DNA of 64,000 bases from an uncultured Planctomycetota bacterium. GTDB taxonomy: Bacteria > Planctomycetota > Planctomycetia > Isosphaerales > Isosphaeraceae. Of the stretch, positions 42,189 through 52,404 are shown piece after piece (the stretch's first letter is position 1; every line of letters starts with the position of its first letter). Below the pieces are notes generated by a model. It searched no databases. It had not been told where the DNA came from and saw only the letters and a list, made by a program, of their open reading frames with translations. The stretch covers positions 4,384,001 to 4,448,000 of the forward strand of contig CAVTTN010000002.1 in assembly GCA_963737655.1 (NCBI GenBank), in the 5' to 3' direction. The position numbers and the translations under genes are program-made.

Positions 42189-43073
42189 TTAACGACTCCA
42201 CGGCGGGACCGGCGGCAACCGCGCCTCGAACCGGCGGATTCGATCGGCCAGGAACGGCCCGGCGAGGGTGCCGGCGAAGAATCGGGGCAAGCCCTCGTCG
42301 AGGAAGACCTTCCAGGACTCCTCCTCCTCGCCCGGGAGGATCGGGAAGAACAGGGCGCCGACGGCGTCGGCCGCCTTGCGGTCGCCGGGGGCGTCTCCGA
42401 CCATCACGGTTCGCTCCGGTTCATATCGGCCCGCCGTACATCGGGCCAGGATCTCTCGCTTCGATCCCATCTCCTGGCCTCCGATCCACGCAACCCGTTC
42501 GGCCAGGCCATGTTCGGCCCATTCTCGCCGGAGCGCCTCGGTCGGAGTGGCCGAGACGACCACCGCATCGGCGCGGCCGACCAGGAAATCCAGGCAATCC
42601 CGAACGAATGGGAAAGGCGGGACGTTGCGGACCAGGGCGCCAATGGCCCGGTTCACGTCCTCCGACCAGGCCAGGGCGGTCCGGAGGTCGGGATCGCCGG
42701 TCCCCTCGAACGCCTCCCGCAGAGCCGGGTTGGCCAGCCGGGTTTCGCGGGCGACCCAGGCCCGGAGCCCCTCGGCCCGGGGGACTCGGACCCCTCGCCG
42801 GACGATTTCGGGACGAGTGGCCAGGAGGTCCAGGACCTTCAGGTAACCCGGGAAGCGATTCACGCCGCGATCGACCGAGGCGAGGTTGACGAACTCGGCC
42901 GTCTCGCGGGCGAATCGGCCCACGGAGGCCAGCCCGAAGTGCTGGATGAACAAGGGGATGAAGCATTCCTTGTGCTTCAGGTCCATCGTGTCGAAGGCGC
43001 AGCCGTCGCTATCGAGGCCCACGAAGAACTCGGCCGTCTTCGGGAACGGCGGCGGGGGATCGGTCGAGGTCAT
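42189..43073 (-). CDS. HAD-family hydrolase
   Basis: DSDG motif I, VVSAT, MVGDAPGD. Confidence 0.85.
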   Translation of the reverse strand: MTSTDPPPPFPKTAEFFVGLDSDGCAFDTMDLKHKECFIPLFIQHFGLASVGRFARETAEFVNLASVDRGVNRFPGYLKVLDLLATRPEIVRRGVRVPRAEGLRAWVARETRLANPALREAFEGTGDPDLRTALAWSEDVNRAIGALVRNVPPFPFVRDCLDFLVGRADAVVVSATPTEALRREWAEHGLAERVAWIGGQEMGSKREILARCTAGRYEPERTVMVGDAPGDRKAADAVGALFFPILPGEEEESWKVFLDEGLPRFFAGTLAGPFLADRIRRFEARLPPVPPWSR

Positions 43074-43267
43074 GTCCGGATAGGTCTCGCGGGGTGGTCC
43101 GATCGGTCGTCATCCTGGCAAGACGGGGAAGGCTTGCCAAGGGGGGCGGCCCGTCCCGGAGGCCATCTCCCTTCAAGTTGTCCGATCTGCTATCATGAAT
43201 GAAGGAAAACGATCGTCCCGCGACCGAGACGCCCGCCGCCTCTCCCCTTCCGATGCCGGGACCTCCC

Positions 43268-45073
43268 ATGCTCGTTGACCCGAAATATATTCGCAACTTC
43301 TCGATCGTGGCCCACATCGACCACGGCAAGAGCACCCTCGCCGACCAGCTTTTGTTGCAGTCCGGGGCGATCACCCAGCGGGAGTTCCGCGAGCAGCTCC
43401 TCGACGACATGGATTTGGAGCGCGAGCGGGGGATCACCATCAAGGCCCGGGCCGTGGCGATCAACTACACGCTCGACGGCCAGGATTATGAATTGAACCT
43501 GATCGACACCCCCGGCCACGTCGATTTTCACTATGAGGTGTCGCGGAGCCTCGCCGCGTGCGAGGGGGCGATCCTGCTCGTCGATGCGTCCCAGGGGGTC
43601 CAGGCCCAGACGGTCGCCAACGCCTACGCGGCGATCAACGCGAACCTCACCATCGTCCCGGCCCTGAACAAGATCGACATGCAGGCCGCCCGGCCCGACG
43701 AGGTCAAGGAGGAGATCGAGCAGACCCTGGGGATCGACCGCTCCGAGGTCCTCGCCGTCAGCGGCAAGACCGGCCAGGGCGTCCCCGAATTGTTCCGGGA
43801 GTTGATCGAGCGAATCCCGGCGCCGTCGGGGAAGGTCCATGCCCCGCTTCGGGCCCTGATTTTCGACTCGAAGTTCGACGATTATCAGGGCGTGATCACC
43901 TATGTCCGCGTGGTGGACGGCGCGATCAAGGTCGGGCAAAAAGTCCGCCTGATGGCCGGGGAGACCGAGCACGAGGTCACGGGTCTGGGCCGGTTCCGCC
44001 CCCATTCGGTGCCGTGCGACGAGCTCGGGGTCGGCCAGGTCGGCTACGTGACGGCGAACATCAAGAGGCTCTCCGACGTCCGCATCGGCGACACGATCAC
44101 CGACGCCCGAACCTCCGCCTTGCAGCCTCTGCCCGGCTACCAGGAGCCGAAGCGGGTGGTCTATTGCGGGCTCTTCCCGGCGACCCACAACGAGTTCGAG
44201 GACTTGCGCAACGCCTTGCAGAAGCTGTCCTTGAACGACGCCAGCTTCACGTTCGAGCCCGAGACCTCCGACGCCCTGGGGTTCGGCTTCCGCTGCGGGT
44301 TCCTCGGGATGCTCCACATGGAGATCATCCAGCAGAGGCTGGAGCGCGAGAGCAACCTCTCGCTGGTCCAGACCGCGCCCAACGTCACCTACGAGATCCT
44401 CACCAGGAAGGGCGAGACGCTCTACATCGCCAATCCCACGCGAATTCCCGAGCCCGGAGACATCGAGGAATTCCGAGAGCCGGTCGCCCGGGTCAGCTTC
44501 ATCCTGCCGAGCGAGAACATCGGCGCGATCATGCAGCTCTGCTCCGAGCGTCGCGGGACGTATCTCAAGACCGAATACATCACGCCGACCCGGGCGATCC
44601 TCGGCTACGAGCTGCCCCTGGCGGAGATGATCTACGACCTCTACGACAAGCTCAAGAGCGCCACCAAGGGCTACGGGACCATGGACTACGAGGTCATCGG
44701 CTATCGGCCGAGCGACCTGGTGAGGCTCGACGTGCTGGTGGCCGGCGAAAAAGTGGACGCGCTGTCGATCGTCGTCCATCGCGATCATGCCTATCGCCGG
44801 GGCTTGCGGCTCACCAAGAAGCTCAAGGGCGAGATCGACCGCCACCAGTTCGAGGTGGCGATCCAGGCGGCCATCGGCACGAAGGTGATCGCCCGGGAGA
44901 CGATCTCGGCGCTGCGGAAGAACGTCACGGCCAAGTGCTACGGGGGCGACATCACCCGGAAACGCAAGCTCCTGGAGAAACAAAAGGAAGGCAAGAAGCG
45001 TATGAAGCAGGTGGGGAACGTGGAGATCTCCCAGGAGGCGTTCCTCTCGGTCCTGGACGACAGCGACGGTTGA
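43268..45073 (+). CDS. lepA: Elongation factor 4 (start could be 43252)
   Basis: IRNFSIVAHIDHGKSTLAD, GFRCGFLG, KCYGGDITRKRKLLEKQKEGK. Confidence 0.97.
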   Translation: MLVDPKYIRNFSIVAHIDHGKSTLADQLLLQSGAITQREFREQLLDDMDLERERGITIKARAVAINYTLDGQDYELNLIDTPGHVDFHYEVSRSLAACEGAILLVDASQGVQAQTVANAYAAINANLTIVPALNKIDMQAARPDEVKEEIEQTLGIDRSEVLAVSGKTGQGVPELFRELIERIPAPSGKVHAPLRALIFDSKFDDYQGVITYVRVVDGAIKVGQKVRLMAGETEHEVTGLGRFRPHSVPCDELGVGQVGYVTANIKRLSDVRIGDTITDARTSALQPLPGYQEPKRVVYCGLFPATHNEFEDLRNALQKLSLNDASFTFEPETSDALGFGFRCGFLGMLHMEIIQQRLERESNLSLVQTAPNVTYEILTRKGETLYIANPTRIPEPGDIEEFREPVARVSFILPSENIGAIMQLCSERRGTYLKTEYITPTRAILGYELPLAEMIYDLYDKLKSATKGYGTMDYEVIGYRPSDLVRLDVLVAGEKVDALSIVVHRDHAYRRGLRLTKKLKGEIDRHQFEVAIQAAIGTKVIARETISALRKNVTAKCYGGDITRKRKLLEKQKEGKKRMKQVGNVEISQEAFLSVLDDSDG

Positions 45074-45175
45074 TCGCCGCCCGATCCTCCGACAGGGGGA
45101 GCCCTCCGGCGCGCGGTTGACGCTTCTTCCTAGAGAGATGCCGGGCTCGTCGATCACGGCGGAGAGGGCGATTCG

Positions 45176-46678
45176 GTGGAGCTTGGCCAGACGATCACTC
45201 CCGAGGCCCCCCCGGCGGCGCCCGAGCCCGCCGGGCCGGTCGCGCCTCCCCGGCCATCGGTCGCCCCCTCGGTCCGGGTCGGCCTGTCGGCCCGCTCGAC
45301 GGTCGAATTCCTGATCATCCTGTTCATGGGCATCCTGTTCGCCCGGGCGTTTGCGGCCGAGGCGTACATCGTGCCCACCGGGTCGATGGCGCCGACCCTC
45401 CTGGGGATGCACCGCGACTTCGTCTGCCCGAACTGCGGCAAGCGGTTCTCGCTGGGGATGGACGAGGACGGCCGGCTCGGCCGCCCGGTCTGCCCCAACT
45501 GCGGGCAGACCGAGCTCGCCGAGGCCCCGGCCTCCGACGGCCTGGGGGACCGCCTCCTGGTCCAGAAGTTCGTGTACGACCTCCGCCCTCCTCGCCGCTG
45601 GGAGGTCGCCGTCTTCCAGAACCCGGCCGACCCGAGCCAGGCCTACGTGAAGCGCGTGGTGGCCCTGCCCGGCGAGGCGATCCAGCTCGCCGGGGGCGAC
45701 GTCTACATCGACGGCCGGATCGCCCGCAAGACGCTGGCCGAGGCCCGGGCCATGAGCGTCCCGGTCTACGACCACGACTTCACCCCGAAAGACCTCGGCC
45801 GCTTCCCCCGCTTCAGCTTCCGTCGAGGCGAGTTCCGCCGGATCATCCCGTCGGGCTGGAAGGCCGAGGGCAGCCGGTTCGTCCGCGAGCCGACCGGCCA
45901 GGTCAGCGACCTCCCCGACTGGATCTCGTATCGCCACTGGCAGGCCGACCGCGCCAATTACGGCCCGATCCGCGACTTCATCGCCTACAACGGATCGGAC
46001 ATCGCCGGGGAGAACCGGGTCCGCGACCTGATCCTGACCACGCGATTGGTCCTCGGCGAGGGCTGTTCGGCCGTCACGGTGAGGATCGACAGCGGGGCCG
46101 ACCGCTTCCTGATCACCCTGCCGATCACCGGCCCGGCGCCGATCGAGGTCCGCCGCAACGGCCGGTTCGTGCCCACCGAGCCGCTCGGCCCGAGCCTGGG
46201 GAAGCCGGCCAAGGGCCCCCGGACGCTGGAAGTGGCCGTGGTGGACCACCGCCTGACCGTGGCGATCGACGGCTCGCCCGCGTTCGAGCCGGTCGATTAC
46301 GACGACCCTCACGACGGCCCCCCCGGAGGCCCCGGGCCGGTCGCCCTCGGGGTGATCGGCGACGGCCGGGCCGAGGTCCTGTCCTGGAAGCTCGACCGCG
46401 ACGTTTATTACACCGCCGCGCTCGCCCAGTCTCCCCGGAGGCCGTTCGCCGTCGAGGAGCCGTACGTCCTGGGTCGCGACCAGTATTTCGTGCTGGGCGA
46501 CAACAGCCCGGTGTCCAATGACTCGCGGTTCTGGCCCGATTCGCCGGTCGTCACGCTCGACCGCTTCCTCGGCAAGCCGTTCCTGGTCCACCTGCCGAGC
46601 CAGGCGGTGCCGCTCCAGGTCTTCGGCCGGTCGCTTTACTGGATTCCCGATCCCCGGGAGATTCGGTACATTCGTTAG
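45176..46678 (+). CDS. lepB: Signal peptidase I with Zn-ribbon and large insert
   Basis: PTGSMAPTL, CPNC..CPNC, YVKR, GDNSPVSNDSR. Confidence 0.9.
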   Translation: MELGQTITPEAPPAAPEPAGPVAPPRPSVAPSVRVGLSARSTVEFLIILFMGILFARAFAAEAYIVPTGSMAPTLLGMHRDFVCPNCGKRFSLGMDEDGRLGRPVCPNCGQTELAEAPASDGLGDRLLVQKFVYDLRPPRRWEVAVFQNPADPSQAYVKRVVALPGEAIQLAGGDVYIDGRIARKTLAEARAMSVPVYDHDFTPKDLGRFPRFSFRRGEFRRIIPSGWKAEGSRFVREPTGQVSDLPDWISYRHWQADRANYGPIRDFIAYNGSDIAGENRVRDLILTTRLVLGEGCSAVTVRIDSGADRFLITLPITGPAPIEVRRNGRFVPTEPLGPSLGKPAKGPRTLEVAVVDHRLTVAIDGSPAFEPVDYDDPHDGPPGGPGPVALGVIGDGRAEVLSWKLDRDVYYTAALAQSPRRPFAVEEPYVLGRDQYFVLGDNSPVSNDSRFWPDSPVVTLDRFLGKPFLVHLPSQAVPLQVFGRSLYWIPDPREIRYIR

Positions 46679-46762
46679 GGCGGCCCTCGGCCTCCGCGGG
46701 GCCCGCGCCCCTGCGGACCCGCGATCGCCCAGGACGACGCCGAACCCTCTCCCCGGGACGAC

Positions 46763-48577
46763 ATGCCGATGAGCCTCAAGAGCGACCCGACGAAGGCGAA
46801 GGCCCAGGCCCTCCCGGCCCCGGAGAAGGAAAAGGAGAAGGACAGGAAGAAGGAGAGCTGGCGCGACCTGATCGAGCAGCTCGTCGTGGCCTTCATCCTG
46901 GCCGTCCTGATCAAGGGATTCGAGGCCGAGGCGTTCGTGATCCCCACCGGGTCGATGGCGCCGACCCTCTACGGCCAGCACAAGGAGGTCACCTGCCCGG
47001 AGTGCGGCGAGCTGTTCGCCGTGAACGCCTCGGAGGAGGCCGACGACAGCCGGGGGCTGTTCGCCCAACCCGGCCCGTTCCACCAGATGCAGCAGGTCGT
47101 CGCCGCGAGCTGCCTGAACTGCCGGTACAAGGTCACGAAGCTCGACGAGACGCCGAGCTTCAAGGGGGACCGCATCCTCGTGATGAAGTTCCTCTACAGC
47201 CTGCCGGGCTGGCTCGGCGGGGTCGGCCCGCAACGCTGGGACGTGGTCGTCTTCCACTACCCCGAGCAGCCTCAGGTCAACTACATCAAGAGGCTGGTGG
47301 GCCTGCCCGGCGAGGTCCTGCGGGTCTATTTCGGCGACCTCCTGACCCGCCCGCCCGGCCCCGAGGGCCGGTTCCAGATCCAGAGGAAGCCGCTGGTCCA
47401 TCAGGAGGCGATGCAGCAGCTCGTCTGGGACGACTCCCACCGCCCGAAGGCGTTCGCCGACCTGCCCGAATGGCGGCGATGGGCCGGCCTGGGCGAGACC
47501 GGGGCGAAGACCTGGACCGAGCCGGCTCGCGGGACGTTCCACGCCGAGGGGCCCGCCTCGGACTGGGCCGAGCTCCGCTATCGCAACCTGATCCCCGACC
47601 CCAAGCAGTGGAACCGCGCCCTGAGCGGCCAGCCCACCGGCCCCCCCCGGGCCTCGCTGATCACCGATTTCTATGCGTATAACTCGGGGATCAACGGCGA
47701 CCGCAAGACCAGCGACCCCGAGGGCTGGTTCCAGCCCCACTGGGTCGGCGACCTGACCGTCAAGGCCCGGATCAAGGCGAACCCGGCGAAGGCCGGCACC
47801 CTCCGGCTCGAATTGATCGAGGCGGGCGTGCCCAACCGCTGCGAGATCGACCTGACCACCGGATCGGCCACGATCACCCGCTCCGGCTCGCCGATCGCCG
47901 AGCCCGTCGCCACCGCGATGAGGGCCGACGGCCGGTTCCACGACGTCGCATTCGCCAACGTCGACGACCGGTTGACGCTCTGGGTCGATGGCGGCCTGCC
48001 GTTCGGCGACGGGATCACCTACGACGACAAGCTCCCCAAGCACCCGACGCCCACCGGCGCGGACCTCGCCCCGGCGGGGATCTCCGTGAAGGGCGGGGAC
48101 GTCGAGGTGACCGGCCTTGTCCTGAAGAGGGATATCTACTATACCCAGGACCCCGGCTATGCCGACTACTCGAGCCTGGGGATCTCCTGGCCGGTCTCCT
48201 CGGGCGACCCCGACCGGAGGATCGCCGACTTCCTGGAGATCTTCTCCGACCCCGCCAAGTTCTCGGCCTTCGCCGAGCTGAAGTGGACGGACTACGAGAT
48301 CGCCCCGGGTCGGTACATGATGATGGGCGACAACAGCCCCCGGAGCAAGGACGGCCGAGGCTGGAAACACGAGGACCGCTACGACCCCGACCGCCCCGAT
48401 CAGGGTTGGGACACCAGCGGGCGGAACTCGTGGGAAGTGCCCGAATCGCTCCTGATCGGCAAGGCGTTCTTCGTCTACTGGCCCCACGGCGTCCCGATCT
48501 GGCCGAACAAGGGGATCACCCGAGACTTCCGCGTCCCGTTCCGGCCGTATGTCGAACGCATGAAATTCATCCGCTAG
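46763..48577 (+). CDS. lepB: Second signal peptidase I with Zn-ribbon and large insert
   Basis: PTGSMAPTL, CPEC..CLNC, YIKR, GDNSPRSKDGR. Confidence 0.9.
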   Translation: MPMSLKSDPTKAKAQALPAPEKEKEKDRKKESWRDLIEQLVVAFILAVLIKGFEAEAFVIPTGSMAPTLYGQHKEVTCPECGELFAVNASEEADDSRGLFAQPGPFHQMQQVVAASCLNCRYKVTKLDETPSFKGDRILVMKFLYSLPGWLGGVGPQRWDVVVFHYPEQPQVNYIKRLVGLPGEVLRVYFGDLLTRPPGPEGRFQIQRKPLVHQEAMQQLVWDDSHRPKAFADLPEWRRWAGLGETGAKTWTEPARGTFHAEGPASDWAELRYRNLIPDPKQWNRALSGQPTGPPRASLITDFYAYNSGINGDRKTSDPEGWFQPHWVGDLTVKARIKANPAKAGTLRLELIEAGVPNRCEIDLTTGSATITRSGSPIAEPVATAMRADGRFHDVAFANVDDRLTLWVDGGLPFGDGITYDDKLPKHPTPTGADLAPAGISVKGGDVEVTGLVLKRDIYYTQDPGYADYSSLGISWPVSSGDPDRRIADFLEIFSDPAKFSAFAELKWTDYEIAPGRYMMMGDNSPRSKDGRGWKHEDRYDPDRPDQGWDTSGRNSWEVPESLLIGKAFFVYWPHGVPIWPNKGITRDFRVPFRPYVERMKFIR

Positions 48578-48609
48578 CGCCGGGTCCTTGATGTGTCGGA
48601 AGTTTTTTC

Positions 48610-48673
48610 GTAGGGCGGGCCTCGGCCTGCCGTCCCGGCCCGGATCGGATCGGCAGGCCGAGGCCTGCCTTAC
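48610..48673. repeat. Family B REPIN-like doublet (slightly degenerate)
   Basis: gtagggcgggcctcggcctgcc ... ggcaggccgaggcctgccttac. Confidence 0.8.
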
Positions 48674-48752
48674 GATGTGCGGAAACACCGAGTCCCGAGG
48701 CTGAGGGCGGGCGAACCCCACCCGACGGCCCTCGTCACGGAGGACGAGCCCC

Positions 48753-49586
48753 ATGCCCCTGCTCCAGGTCCGCAACCTTCAGAAGTGGTACGGCCGCCGG
48801 CAGGTGGTCTGCGGGGTCGATTACGAGGTCGAGGCCGGCGAGGTCGTCGGCCTCCTCGGCCCGAACGGCGCGGGCAAGACCACCAGCTTCCGGATGACCA
48901 TCGGCCTGATCACGGCCGACGACGGCCAGGTCACCTTCGACGGCCGGGACATCACCGGCCTGCCCATGTTCAAGAGGGCCCGGGCCGGGATGGGCTTCCT
49001 CGCCCAGGATTCCAGCGTCTTCAAGCAGCTTTCGGTCGAAGACAACCTGATGGCGATCCTGGAGACCCGCCCCGGCCTCAATCGCAAGGAACGCAGGAGG
49101 CGGCAGGACGAGCTCTTGAGCCAGTTCGGCCTCACGCACATCCGCAAGACCAAGGCCAACCGCGTCTCCGGCGGGGAGCGCCGCCGGTTGGAGATCGCCC
49201 GGAGCCTGATCACCGAGCCCAAGCTCATCATGCTCGACGAGCCGTTCGCCGGCATCGACCCGAAGACCGTCGGCGAGATCCAGGACGCCGTCCGGGCCCT
49301 GGCCGAGGTCCACGGCCTGGGCATCCTCATGACCGACCACCAGTTCCGCGAGACCCTGGAAGTCACCGACCGCTGCTACCTGATCCGAGAAGGCCGGGTC
49401 TTCGCCCGGGGCAACCGCCAGGAGATCCTCAACAACCCGGACGTCCGCCGCTACTACATCGGCGAGAGGTTCGACGTCGGCCACCTCCTCGACGGCCCCA
49501 AGCGCCCCGGCCACAAGCCCCTGCCCCCCGCCGGACCCGACGAGATCGTGCTCGACCAGGACGGCGAGGAGCCCCAAACCCCGTAG
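48753..49586 (+). CDS. lptB: LPS export ABC ATPase
   Basis: GLLGPNGAGKTT, SGGERRRLEIAR, LDEPFAGIDP, TDH..RETL. Confidence 0.92.
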   Translation: MPLLQVRNLQKWYGRRQVVCGVDYEVEAGEVVGLLGPNGAGKTTSFRMTIGLITADDGQVTFDGRDITGLPMFKRARAGMGFLAQDSSVFKQLSVEDNLMAILETRPGLNRKERRRRQDELLSQFGLTHIRKTKANRVSGGERRRLEIARSLITEPKLIMLDEPFAGIDPKTVGEIQDAVRALAEVHGLGILMTDHQFRETLEVTDRCYLIREGRVFARGNRQEILNNPDVRRYYIGERFDVGHLLDGPKRPGHKPLPPAGPDEIVLDQDGEEPQTP

Positions 49587-49707
49587 GGTGCATGAAATGC
49601 ACCGTCATGTGGGGTGCATGAAATGCACCAACCACGCGGCGGCCCTCGGCCGCCCACCCTTCTCTCACGCTCCCCCGTTCCCTCACGCTTCCCCCGTTCC
49701 CTCACGC
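49583..49707. repeat. Two direct family A REP arms followed by an 18-19 bp tandem duplication
   Basis: Arms 49583-49603 and 49609-49629; ctcacgct(t)cccccgttcc twice plus a partial unit at 49664-49707. Confidence 0.8.
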
Positions 49708-50754
49708 CGACCGCCGGGCCCCAATCGCCGCCGCGATCTGATCCCGAACGACCTTCCAGACCCGCCCCGAATCCAGCTCATCCAGGCATTCCATCCGGTC
49801 ACATTTCTTCAAGCAGCTCGCGGCGCACCAGATCTCCGTCGAAACCGACCGGGCCATCGGCCCGAACGGGCCGGTCAACCTCGGGCTCGTGCACAAATAA
49901 ACGCCCACCACGCGCGTACCGGTGGCGGCGGCGAGATGCAACGGCCCGGTGTCGTTCGAGACGACGCAATCGGCGTCGGCCATCACGGCGGCGAGGCCCG
50001 GGAGCGTGGTCTTGCCCGAGAGGTCGAGGATCGGCACGTCTCCCAGCCCCTCTTTCAGGGAATCGACGAGCGGGCGGTCCTCCGGCGCCCCGACGGCGAT
50101 CAGGCCCGCGCCGAACTCCTTCGCCGCACGTCGCCCGATCTCGGCGAACTGGCCCGGCGGCCATCGCTTCGTGAGCCACCGGGCGCCGACGTTCAGGACC
50201 ACTCGCGGCCGAGGGACGCCGAAAAGGGCCGCTTCCGCCCCGAGCCGATCGGCCTCGGACATCGCCACGACGAACCTCGGCGCAACGTCCGCCCCGAATG
50301 CCCCGGCCACCCTCATCAGCCTCTCGACGGCATGCGTGGGGCCTTCGGGCATCGGGATGCGGTGCGAATAGAACCGGGGGGCGCCCTCGCGAGCGTCGGC
50401 CAACCCCACGCGGACCGGCGCGCCGGTGGCGGCCGTCATCAGGCCCGATCGCAGGAGGCCCTGGAGGTCGATCGTCAGGTCAAATCTCCGGCGACGCAGC
50501 CCCATCAGGAACCGGCCGAACTCGGCGAGGCCCGAGGGGTTCAGACCGACCTTCCCGCGATCGAACGGGATGACCTCATCGAGGTCCGGATGGCCGTCCA
50601 CCAGGCCGCGAAGCCCGCGATTGACGACCCAGGCGAGATGGGCCTCCGGCCACAACGCGCGGAGGGCCGAGAGGACGGGCAGGGCGTGGACGACGTCGCC
50701 GAGCGAGCTGGGCTTGATCAGGCAGACCCTCGCGGGCCGGAGGCGGTCGAGCAT
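49702..50754 (-). CDS. GT9 ADP-heptose:LPS heptosyltransferase (WaaC/WaaF-like)
   Basis: IKPSSLGDVVHALP, DLQGLLRS, KRWP, NDTGPLHLAAA. Confidence 0.9.
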   Translation of the reverse strand: MLDRLRPARVCLIKPSSLGDVVHALPVLSALRALWPEAHLAWVVNRGLRGLVDGHPDLDEVIPFDRGKVGLNPSGLAEFGRFLMGLRRRRFDLTIDLQGLLRSGLMTAATGAPVRVGLADAREGAPRFYSHRIPMPEGPTHAVERLMRVAGAFGADVAPRFVVAMSEADRLGAEAALFGVPRPRVVLNVGARWLTKRWPPGQFAEIGRRAAKEFGAGLIAVGAPEDRPLVDSLKEGLGDVPILDLSGKTTLPGLAAVMADADCVVSNDTGPLHLAAATGTRVVGVYLCTSPRLTGPFGPMARSVSTEIWCAASCLKKCDRMECLDELDSGRVWKVVRDQIAAAIGARRSA

Positions 50755-50859
50755 GTCGGGAACTCCCTTCCCCTCGGCTCCAATCCGGCGGTATCGTAGC
50801 GGTTCCGGCCGGACCGGGCAATTCCATGTCCCGATCGCGGACCCCGCCCGTCGCGAGGC

Positions 50860-51813
50860 ATGCTCATGGTCCTCGTCCTGCTCGCCGCGTTCCTGGTCGT
50901 GGAGAAGGGGGAGGCGGCGTTCGTGCCGACGGCCTCCGAGGCGACGGTCCCCGAGACCTTCCGCCTGCCGGCGGCCCGGTTCGGCTACGAGGTCGAGCTC
51001 CTGAGGACCGACCCCGGGTTCACCGTCTCGGCCGTGAGGTTCCCCTCGCCCATCACGTCGCCCGACCCGGAGAACGACACGGTCCACGCCGAGCTCTTCC
51101 TGCCCTCCGCCAAGGGGCCGAAGCGGCCGGCGGTGATCGTCTTGCACATCCTGGGCGCGGATTTCGCCCTGTCGCGGTATCTGGCGGCGCGATTGGCCGA
51201 GGAGGGCGTGGTCGCCCTGTTCGTGAAGCTGCCCTATTACGGGGAGCGCCGGCCGAAGGGGAGCGGCCAGAAATTCCTCTCGACCGACATCGGCCGATCG
51301 GTCGGGGCGATGAGGCAGGGCGTGTGCGACGTCCGCCGGGCCGCCGCGTTCCTGGCCGGTCGGCCCGAGGTCGATCCCGAGAAGCTGGGCGTGACCGGCA
51401 TCAGCCTCGGCGGGATCGTCTCGGCCACGGCGGCGGCCGTCGATCCGAAGCTGAACAAGGCCGCGCTGCTCCTGGCCGGCGGCGGCCTGGCGGAGATCCT
51501 CTGGACCATGCCCGAGGCCGCGAAGTATCGGACGCTCTGGCTCGCCTCGGGCCGGAGCAAGGCGGACCTCGCCGCCCTGACCGCCCCGCTCGACCCGCTC
51601 ACCTATGCCGAGGGGTTGCGGGGCAAGACCGTCCTCATGATGGCCGGGACGGTGGACGAGGTCATCCCGCCCTCGGCGGCGAGGGCGCTCTGGGAGAAGG
51701 CCGGCAAGCCGCCGATCGTCTGGCTCGACTGCGGCCACTATTCCGCCGCCGGATTCCTGCTGCCGGCCGTCCGCCAGACGGTCCACTTCTTCGCCGAGGA
51801 CGTTCCGAGGTAG
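50860..51813 (+). CDS. Alpha/beta hydrolase, probably exported
   Basis: GISLGG nucleophile elbow, DEVIP, GHY. Confidence 0.85.
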   Translation: MLMVLVLLAAFLVVEKGEAAFVPTASEATVPETFRLPAARFGYEVELLRTDPGFTVSAVRFPSPITSPDPENDTVHAELFLPSAKGPKRPAVIVLHILGADFALSRYLAARLAEEGVVALFVKLPYYGERRPKGSGQKFLSTDIGRSVGAMRQGVCDVRRAAAFLAGRPEVDPEKLGVTGISLGGIVSATAAAVDPKLNKAALLLAGGGLAEILWTMPEAAKYRTLWLASGRSKADLAALTAPLDPLTYAEGLRGKTVLMMAGTVDEVIPPSAARALWEKAGKPPIVWLDCGHYSAAGFLLPAVRQTVHFFAEDVPR

Positions 51814-51881
51814 GGCCGGGCCCGGGAATTGCGGTCGAATCCCGCACATTCGATCGCGTTTCCCCTCCCCAGGACCGAGCC

Positions 51882-52106
51882 ATGACCGCCACGAGCCAGG
51901 ACGCGGTGATTTCCCGGAGCCAGCCCTCGAGTTCGGCCTCCCCGGCGTTCGAGAAGGGGCAGAGGCTGGTTTGCGCCTCGTGCCAGTCGGAGATCGAGAT
52001 CCTGAACCCCTGCACGTGCCGGCCGCCCGCCCAGGAATTGCTCTGCTGCGGGCAGCCGATGATGCCCTCGACCGGAGTGGCCGTGAACCTGAACGTGGAC
52101 GGCTGA
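51882..52106 (+). CDS. Small desulforedoxin-like metal-binding protein (74 aa)
   Basis: CASC...CTC...LLCCGQPM. Confidence 0.65.
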   Translation: MTATSQDAVISRSQPSSSASPAFEKGQRLVCASCQSEIEILNPCTCRPPAQELLCCGQPMMPSTGVAVNLNVDG

Positions 52107-52404
52107 TCGGACCGGCCGAATCCGAATCCGATGGCCCCTTCCCCCGCCCGAGGGGTCCCGGGAAGGAAACGACCCGGGGCGATCCCCGCTTGCTTGACGC
52201 TTCGGGAGGGGGCCGCTAGGATGGCGGCGGTCCGGCGGCGGGGTGGGGCTGTCGCCGTCCGGCCGCCGCGAGTGCGGACGGTTCACGGATGAAGGGAAGT
52301 CCGGTTCGAAGTCGGTCCGATCGTTCGGGTTGCGGTTCGGCGAACGCGATCGCGGGATGATTCGGGGCCGCTCCGGTCCGGCGGGATGGCGGGGATGGTC
52401 GGCG

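Noticed and set aside
43193..48775. 1860-aa minus-strand ORF, and similar long ORFs at 31600-35406, 4042-6936 and 54373-57273
   Set aside because: Antisense shadows of real high-GC3 genes; only the last 74 codons of 31600-35406 look real
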